This document shows, piece after piece, positions 7,112 through 12,898 of a DNA stretch of 12,898 bases. The DNA is from Thermodesulfobacteriota bacterium (GTDB taxonomy: Bacteria > Desulfobacterota_D > UBA1144 > Nemesobacterales > N074bin48). The notes beneath the pieces are model-generated. The model was given only the letters and a program-made list of their open reading frames with translations. It was not told where the DNA came from and made no database searches. The DNA is taken from assembly GCA_041572575.1 (NCBI GenBank), contig JBFFSH010000073.1, forward strand, positions 1 to 12,898, given 5' to 3'. Each line of letters opens with the position of its first letter. The first letter of the stretch is position 1. The translations under genes were made by a program, and so were the position numbers.

Positions 7112-7133
7112 ATTATATCAACTTTTGATATAA
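7112..7133 (-). promoter_or_regulatory. Extended -10 promoter overlapped by a 21-bp inverted repeat (candidate operator)
   Basis: Minus strand TGATATAAT (7120-7112) matches TGnTATAAT. Perfect inverted repeat TTATATCAA-CTT-TTGATATAA at 7113-7133. Confidence 0.5.
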
Positions 7134-7219
7134 AAACAGCACAACTCTCCCGTACCTAACTGGAACTATAAAACACAATAATGACCTTAACTTAATGAAT
7201 ATTAAGGTTTATGTAGTAT

Positions 7220-7516
7220 CTATCCTAAGACTGAATCTTTACAGGCTTTGGCTACCCTGAACTTAACAACTTTCTTAGCAGGGATTTTTATAGTCTCGCC
7301 TGTAGCAGGGTTTCTTCCCATTCTGGCATTGCGCTTTTGTAATACAAGTTTGCCTATGCCTGGAAGTGTTATCTCACCCTTTTTCTTAGTTTCACTGTAA
7401 GCTAGTGAAGCTAGTTCATCAAGTATCTCACCTGCAGCTTTTTTGGTAATTCCTGCACTTTCTGCAATATGAGTTGAAATCTGGGCTTTGGTTAAAGGTT
7501 TTTTAACTGTTGCCAT
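7220..7516 (-). CDS. hup: HU-family (HU/IHF-like) nucleoid DNA-binding protein
   Basis: 98 aa, basic. LTKAQI start helix, RNARMGRNPATGETIKIPAKKVVKFR arm with the intercalating Pro. SD AAGGAGG (7527-7521). Confidence 0.95.
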   Translation of the reverse strand: MATVKKPLTKAQISTHIAESAGITKKAAGEILDELASLAYSETKKKGEITLPGIGKLVLQKRNARMGRNPATGETIKIPAKKVVKFRVAKACKDSVLG

Positions 7517-7544
7517 CGTTCCTCCTTACGGCTGGTTTAACTGA

Positions 7545-7573
7545 ATAGTACAGAAATTTATTTTAAAAATCAA
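7545..7573 (-). promoter_or_regulatory. Candidate sigma70 promoter of the HU gene
   Basis: Minus strand TTGATT (7573-7568), 17 bp spacer, TACTAT (7550-7545), just upstream of the SD. Confidence 0.5.
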
Positions 7574-7611
7574 TAGATTATTTATTGAATTGAAATAATA
7601 AATTAATGATT

Positions 7612-7620
7612 TGTTATAAT
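7612..7620 (+). promoter_or_regulatory. Candidate extended -10 promoter toward the RND operon
   Basis: TGTTATAAT matches TGnTATAAT, about 150 bp upstream of the adaptor ATG. The AT-rich context limits significance. Confidence 0.3.
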
Positions 7621-7769
7621 ATCAATATGAATAGAAAATTATTAACCCGGAAAAATTGTTGATTAGGCAGACTGTAAAGAAAATAAAACATTAATGACAT
7701 TTTTCAGTTAGTAATAATATAGTGATACTTTAGATACATCAGAAATATATTAGGATATAATTAGTAGAT

Positions 7770-8894
7770 ATGAAACAAAGAATAGTTAGTCGACAACAGT
7801 GGAGGTGGTTTGCGGGTTTTTTACTATGTTTTTTTATAGTAATTATTGCTCTATATATCCGCATGTCTTCAGTAAGATCATCAGCACTCGAAAGTGGTTT
7901 TATAAGAAAACCACAACCGGTTACTGTGTATGATGCCGTAGTTTCGGAGCAGTGGACAACGGCTAACTTTCTTGCCAGGGTTCAGGGTGGACAGACTATT
8001 GAGCTCAGATCCGAGGTAGGCGGCTGGGTAGAAGAAAAAAAGGTAGATATCGGGAGCAGTGTAGATGTTGGCGAAGTATTGTTGGTGCTAAGTGATCAAC
8101 GAAAAGAACTTGCATTAATTGAATCTAAATCCAGATTTGATGCCGCACAGGCTGACCTCAAAGAGCTTAGAAGACTCTACAACAAAAATATAAGCCTTGT
8201 AGAAAAAGGAATAGTGGCAAGGGATACACTAGAGTCTCTTAATAACCAGATTGCTGCTAAAAGGGCAGAGGTTAATGCTCTTGAGGCATCATGCAAAAGA
8301 TCAAACTGGGATGTCGAACATCTTATAATTAAATCACCTATAAAGGGCAAAATCATAGATGTACTGCCGGATATTGGACAGGAAGTATTAGCAAACGAGA
8401 TTGTGATTAATATAGTAAACAGTACAAAGAAAAAAGTAGTTGCAGGGGTCGATGCAAACTGGGCAAGAACATTAAAAACAGATACGGAAGTGAAACTTAC
8501 AAATACTATAGATAATGAGCCGCAAACATCGAGAGGTATAATAAGGGGAATAAGTCCTAATATTGATGCTGCAAGCGGCACTTATTCAGTAGAGGCGGAA
8601 ATTACCGATGAATCCAACAACTGGCTGCCCGGTGAAATAATAGATATGGAAGTGCCGGTGGAAAAACTCCAAAATGTTATAAAAGTTCCAAGAAGTGCAA
8701 TATTATCTGATAGTAAAGATGTATTTCTATTTACATTTACTGAGGGAAAAGCAGTTAAGGTCCCGGTTAGTGTTACATGGCTAAATGACAAGCATGGAGC
8801 AATACCACAGGACAGCCTTCCCAAAGATTCCAAAATAATAATTGAGGGTCATACAGGACTTGCCGATAAGCAGCCTGTAAGGATAATCAATTAA
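7770..8894 (+). CDS. RND efflux periplasmic adaptor subunit (membrane fusion protein)
   Basis: N-terminal TM anchor. Lipoyl half-motifs ELRSEVGGWVEEKKVDIGSSVDVGEVL and IKSPIKGKI flank a coiled-coil hairpin. ISPNIDAASGTYSVEA and VPRSAI are also present. Lies 16 bp upstream of an RND permease. Confidence 0.95.
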   Translation: MKQRIVSRQQWRWFAGFLLCFFIVIIALYIRMSSVRSSALESGFIRKPQPVTVYDAVVSEQWTTANFLARVQGGQTIELRSEVGGWVEEKKVDIGSSVDVGEVLLVLSDQRKELALIESKSRFDAAQADLKELRRLYNKNISLVEKGIVARDTLESLNNQIAAKRAEVNALEASCKRSNWDVEHLIIKSPIKGKIIDVLPDIGQEVLANEIVINIVNSTKKKVVAGVDANWARTLKTDTEVKLTNTIDNEPQTSRGIIRGISPNIDAASGTYSVEAEITDESNNWLPGEIIDMEVPVEKLQNVIKVPRSAILSDSKDVFLFTFTEGKAVKVPVSVTWLNDKHGAIPQDSLPKDSKIIIEGHTGLADKQPVRIIN

Positions 8895-8910
8895 CTAATA
8901 CTTCATCTAA

Positions 8911-11900
8911 GTGCATATATCTGAATTTTCAGTCAAAAACCCAGTATTGATGAACCTGCTTATGGCTGGGATCATAGTAGTGGGACTACTTACGGCATTT
9001 AGACTGCCTCTTGAACTATTTCCTTCAATACAGCTTGAACTTGTTACGGTTACTACCATCTATCCCGGCGCCTCTGCTGAAGATGTTGAGCAGTTGGTTA
9101 CTATAGCTGTAGAGGATGAGCTTAGTGATATAGAAGGAGTAAAGGTTGTAAGGTCTACTTCTTCGGAAGGAAGATCTTATGTAGTTGCAGAACTTGAAGC
9201 AGGGGAGGACATTCAAAAAGTAGCACAGGATGTTAGATCAGATATCTCACAGATAAGAAATAAGCTTCCAGATGATATAGAAGAACCTTTAATTAGCGAG
9301 CAAAAAGCCAGTTTTCCAATTATAAGTGTATCAATTGCCGGGGAAGTGAAACGAGAACTGCTTAGGAAGTTCGCTCTGGATCTTAGAGATGATCTGGAGC
9401 TTATAAAGGGTGTGGATAATGTAGTAACTTCGGGACTTGGAGATCCAGTATTTTGGATCAGGGTAAATCCCGCACAACTGAGGCAGTACGATATATCAAT
9501 TGAAGACATCTCAGCAACTATAAATAATAAAAATCTGGATTTTCCGGGAGGTAGTTTCAAGCAGCAGGACCTTGAATATCTTGTGCGCTCGAAGGGAAGA
9601 ATTCAAAGTGTCGCAGACATCGAAGACCTTCCGGTTAAAGTAAGCACAAGTGGAAAGCATATATACTTAAAAGACATTGCCAGTATTGAGCTTGGTGAAG
9701 AAAAAACCATATCTACTTCAAGAATAAATAGTCTGCCGGCTATATCATTTTGGGTAAATAAGAGAAAAAATGCGGATGTGGTAGAAACTGCAAAGAGAAT
9801 AGAGCAAAAAGTAGAACAATTCAGGAAGAGTCTTCCCGATGAGATAGATATATTCTTAGCAAATGATAACTCATACTGGGTAAAGCAGAGATTAAAAACA
9901 ATGGTTATAAGCGGAATTGTAGGTCTTATCATTGTACTAATACTGCTTAACACATTTTTAGACCGAAGATCCGCTATTGTTGTAGCTGCGGGACTTCCTG
10001 TATCATTTTTTGGAGCTTTTATTGTTATGAGTTTTACAGGAGTAACAATTAACCTGCTCTCTATGTTTGCAATGATTTTAGTACTGGGAATTATAGTTGA
10101 TGATGCAATAATTGTTGCTGAAAACATACAAAGGTATATACAAAACGGCCTTAGTCCTGCAAGGGCTGCAGTTGTTGGAACAAAAGAAGTGGCACTACCC
10201 GTAATAGCAACTATTCTTACGAATATTGCATCATTTGTACCTCTGCTGCTGGCTTCTGGAATAATAGGAAAGTTTCTTTCAATAATCCCAAAAGTAGCAA
10301 TATTTGCCCTATTGGTTTCGCTCATTGAAGCATTACTAATACTACCCACGCACTGTTCTGATTACCTTAGAGCCATACCTAAAAAGAGATCAAAAAACAG
10401 AGGAATGGTTTATAAGATGAGAAGCTATTACCTTAAAGCATTAGCGTTTGTACTATACAAAAGGTACATAGTCCTGGGGTCTTCAATTGTAATATTGGTT
10501 ATGTCGATTGCAGTTTATGTTCAAATCCCCCCAGTTCTTTTTCATACAAAGGATATAGCTCAGTTTATAGTAAGAGTAGAAAACCCAACTAGATCAAGCC
10601 TTGGTTCAACTAAAGAATCTGTGAAAAAAGTAGAATCTGTTATAAAGGAAAATATTCCACCTCATGTTCTAAAAAATGTATTTTCTATGATTGGAATTGA
10701 TATATCTCAAAAAGTACCTGAATTCGGTGATCATGTGGCCTCGATTTTAGTTGAGTATGAAGATTTTGAGAAGAGAAAGGAAAACGGTAAGGACCTTATG
10801 AAACTGGTAAAAAATAAGTCACAGGATGTAATTGGTCCTAATATTATAAAGTTTATACAGACTGAAGGCCCTCCAACAGGTGACCCTGTAGATATAGAAA
10901 TACAGGGTGATGATTTCAATGTCTTAAAAGACCTTTCGGCGGATATAAAAAAGGAATTGGATAATATGCCCGGTGTTTATGGGGTGTCTGATAACCTTGT
11001 ATGGGGAAAGCCTGAAATTCGTCTTATTGTAGATGAAAAGAAGGCTGCTATTTATGGGTTAAATAATACAACAGTTTCCAGGGCTGTAAGGGCAGCAATT
11101 GACGGTCTTACGGTTTCCAGAACAAGAATAGGAAGCGAAGAAGCAGATATAATCGTTAAACAGGACCTGCCTACAAATGATATAGAATATATTTTAAAAA
11201 CCTATGAAATTTCAAACGGCAGAGGCAGTTGGGTGCCACTTTCAAATATAGTGGATTTTGAAATGTCACCAAGTATGTTGAGCATATCAAGATATGATAT
11301 GGAAAGAGCGGTAAGGGTAACAGCAGAGATTGATCAGGATGTAAGCACTTCATCTGAGGTGAATATACAGCTTCAAAACTTCATTAAAACCATGATTTCC
11401 AAACTTCCCGGTTACAGCTATAAAGTTGGAGGTGAAGATGAAGAAACAAGAGAATCCATTGATAGCATTATTAATGCAATAGTTGTATCAGCAATACTTA
11501 TATATCTTATCCTTGCCACAATTCTAAAATCATATCTGCAGCCTTTTATTATCATGTCTGTACTTCCATATACTATTATAGGGGTGCTATTTGGGGTGCT
11601 TCTAAGAGGAGAGCCCGTTTCACTTCCGGCATTAATTGGATTTGTAGCACTTCTTGGAGTAGTTGTTAATGATAGTCTGGTACTAATGGACTTTATCAAC
11701 AAGAGGGTTAAAAATATGAATAAGGTTGTTGCAGTTTTTATGGCAGCAAAGCACAGGTTCCGCCCCATAGTTTTAACTACAATCACAACCTTTGGCGGAT
11801 TAGCTTTGCTTATGACAAAGACCCGGGGTGAGTCTGCATTTCTTGCCCCAATGGCAATAGCTCTGGGATTTGGGTTAGTCTTTGCTACTCTAATAACACT

Positions 11901-12009
11901 CTTTCTTATACCCGCCCTATATTTAATCCTTGATGATATAAAAAAATATGTGGGTATAAAGATAGAAGATTACAAAGATAAGAGGAAGTTAGAAATACCA
12001 ACAAGCTAG
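8911..12009 (+). CDS. RND efflux permease (AcrB/AcrD/AcrF family)
   Basis: 1032 aa, GTG start. Motifs LPLELFP, YPGASAEDVE, SSEGRS, TM4 GIIVDDAIIVAEN, TM10 GVVVNDSLVL, TM11 RFRPIVLTTITT, APMAIALGFGL. Two large periplasmic loops and about 12 TM segments. Confidence 0.97.
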   Translation: MHISEFSVKNPVLMNLLMAGIIVVGLLTAFRLPLELFPSIQLELVTVTTIYPGASAEDVEQLVTIAVEDELSDIEGVKVVRSTSSEGRSYVVAELEAGEDIQKVAQDVRSDISQIRNKLPDDIEEPLISEQKASFPIISVSIAGEVKRELLRKFALDLRDDLELIKGVDNVVTSGLGDPVFWIRVNPAQLRQYDISIEDISATINNKNLDFPGGSFKQQDLEYLVRSKGRIQSVADIEDLPVKVSTSGKHIYLKDIASIELGEEKTISTSRINSLPAISFWVNKRKNADVVETAKRIEQKVEQFRKSLPDEIDIFLANDNSYWVKQRLKTMVISGIVGLIIVLILLNTFLDRRSAIVVAAGLPVSFFGAFIVMSFTGVTINLLSMFAMILVLGIIVDDAIIVAENIQRYIQNGLSPARAAVVGTKEVALPVIATILTNIASFVPLLLASGIIGKFLSIIPKVAIFALLVSLIEALLILPTHCSDYLRAIPKKRSKNRGMVYKMRSYYLKALAFVLYKRYIVLGSSIVILVMSIAVYVQIPPVLFHTKDIAQFIVRVENPTRSSLGSTKESVKKVESVIKENIPPHVLKNVFSMIGIDISQKVPEFGDHVASILVEYEDFEKRKENGKDLMKLVKNKSQDVIGPNIIKFIQTEGPPTGDPVDIEIQGDDFNVLKDLSADIKKELDNMPGVYGVSDNLVWGKPEIRLIVDEKKAAIYGLNNTTVSRAVRAAIDGLTVSRTRIGSEEADIIVKQDLPTNDIEYILKTYEISNGRGSWVPLSNIVDFEMSPSMLSISRYDMERAVRVTAEIDQDVSTSSEVNIQLQNFIKTMISKLPGYSYKVGGEDEETRESIDSIINAIVVSAILIYLILATILKSYLQPFIIMSVLPYTIIGVLFGVLLRGEPVSLPALIGFVALLGVVVNDSLVLMDFINKRVKNMNKVVAVFMAAKHRFRPIVLTTITTFGGLALLMTKTRGESAFLAPMAIALGFGLVFATLITLFLIPALYLILDDIKKYVGIKIEDYKDKRKLEIPTS

Positions 12010-12017
12010 CTTTATTA

Positions 12018-12044
12018 CTGCGTTAGCATCAACGATGTTTGCAG
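12018..12044. terminator. Weak hairpin between convergent genes (possible terminator)
   Basis: CTGCGTTAGCATC-AAC-GATGTTTGCAG forms an imperfect stem with G-U pairs and a bulge; no clear U tract. Confidence 0.2.
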
Positions 12045-12048
12045 GTTA

Positions 12049-12603
12049 CTACCCCCAGCTTACGCACTGAACTGAAATTGTTCCTTCATATGTTTGTTCT
12101 CCACCGGAAGAATCGACTGTAAGACTTATTGTTCCATGGATTGTTAGGTCTCCACTGCTTCCAGAGTATTTACCGGTGAGTTTAGAAAAAACTATATATC
12201 CATCTGTGATGAGAAGATCAGGATTTCCGGGAAGAGATATTTGCGAGGCTCTTGTGTTATAAGGGTCTACTCCCTCTTCACTTATTTGTATTATTTCATC
12301 AAAGAGCTTATCCCATTTTTCACCATATCCTACATGTACGCCATCAGGAAAATTTCCTAATAAAGAAACACCGTTTCCTTTAATATAATAGCTCTCGGGA
12401 TAGTTTTCATCTTCTACAAGATATACATCCATTACTTTTAGAGGCAGGATCACTTCTTCTCCATCAATGTCGAGAGTGATTTTCCACTGAGATGGGTCTC
12501 TATTTGGCTTACCACTATCACCGCTCGAACAAGCCGAAAATAAAAGATTAATAATAAAAGTCGTAAATAATAAAGGATAAATCACATGATTTGATCTGTT
12601 CAT
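12049..12603 (-). CDS. Putative lipoprotein of unknown function
   Basis: Signal peptide ending in lipobox-like FSA-C (Cys25), followed by a flexible SSGDSG linker and an acidic, beta-rich mature region. AAGGT SD-like element upstream. Confidence 0.8.
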   Translation of the reverse strand: MNRSNHVIYPLLFTTFIINLLFSACSSGDSGKPNRDPSQWKITLDIDGEEVILPLKVMDVYLVEDENYPESYYIKGNGVSLLGNFPDGVHVGYGEKWDKLFDEIIQISEEGVDPYNTRASQISLPGNPDLLITDGYIVFSKLTGKYSGSSGDLTIHGTISLTVDSSGGEQTYEGTISVQCVSWG

Positions 12604-12719
12604 TACAATTTACCTTTTAAGTGATATTAGAATAAAATTATTTTAATATCTTATTACGAATATGCAAAATCAATATGTCGTTATTATTATATAAAAAGTG
12701 AATATAATATCGAACTAGT

Positions 12720-12898
12720 TTAATATGGTGGAGGGAGAATGGGTTGTTTTTCTTTTTCTGTTGTGGTTTTCTGAAGCTCAATTTCTGAAATTAAAATACT
12801 TGGAGCAATGGTTGAAACGGGTACATAGCCGGATTCGGCACCGCAAAAACCATTGAATACTTTATAATCATTTCCGGTTGCTATGATTTTATTTATTG
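12720..12898 (-). CDS. TldD/PmbA-family metalloprotease, C-terminal 58 aa (5' partial)
   Basis: Manual translation from 12896: INKIIATGNDYKVFNGFCGAESGYVPVSTIAPSILISEIELQKTTTEKEKQPILPPPY*. GxCGxxxGxVPV...P is the TldD C-terminal motif containing the metal-ligand Cys. TAA at 12722-12720. Confidence 0.85.
   Translation of the reverse strand, partial: INKIIATGNDYKVFNGFCGAESGYVPVSTIAPSILISEIELQKTTTEKEKQPILPPPY

Noticed and set aside
7183..7209. Inverted repeat ACCTTAA...TTAAGGT just downstream of the HU stop codon
   Set aside because: Position fits a terminator, but the stem is short and AT-rich with no adjacent U tract; too weak to call.
8177..11786. Minus-strand ORFs within the RND genes, including the 248-aa ORF at 9603-10349
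   Set aside because: Shadows of the adaptor and permease reading frames; composition mirrors the sense codons and no family is recognisable.
1..12898. CRISPR array, tRNA/rRNA, riboswitch, phage or defence genes, or one coherent novel operon spanning the window
   Set aside because: No periodic repeat-spacer structure or recognisable structured RNA seen by eye (an Infernal/Rfam scan would be decisive). Genes alternate in orientation and are mostly unrelated housekeeping functions.

Overview
AT-rich bacterial chromosomal window, probably from a diderm (RND pump with periplasmic adaptor, DgkA). Most of it is ordinary housekeeping content: dgkA, a Nif3/YbgI-family gene, a small His-rich membrane protein, ilvD, coaBC, two tandem stand-alone receiver-domain paralogs, an HU-family protein, an RND adaptor and permease pair, and an unknown lipoprotein. 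Two edge features are missing from the ORF track. The first is the 3' end of an IS1595-family transposase with its probable right inverted repeat (1-138), which appears to have inserted six codons into a leftward gene. The second is the C-terminus of a TldD/PmbA-family protein (12720-12898, minus strand). The most unusual gene is a signal-peptide-bearing acetoacetate-decarboxylase-fold protein (497-1294) in which the Schiff-base Lys and catalytic Glu appear to be replaced. I also see several candidate promoters and operators, and possible leaderless genes. I find no convincing novel multi-gene system, CRISPR array or RNA gene. All family assignments come from motif recognition by eye, not from database searches.
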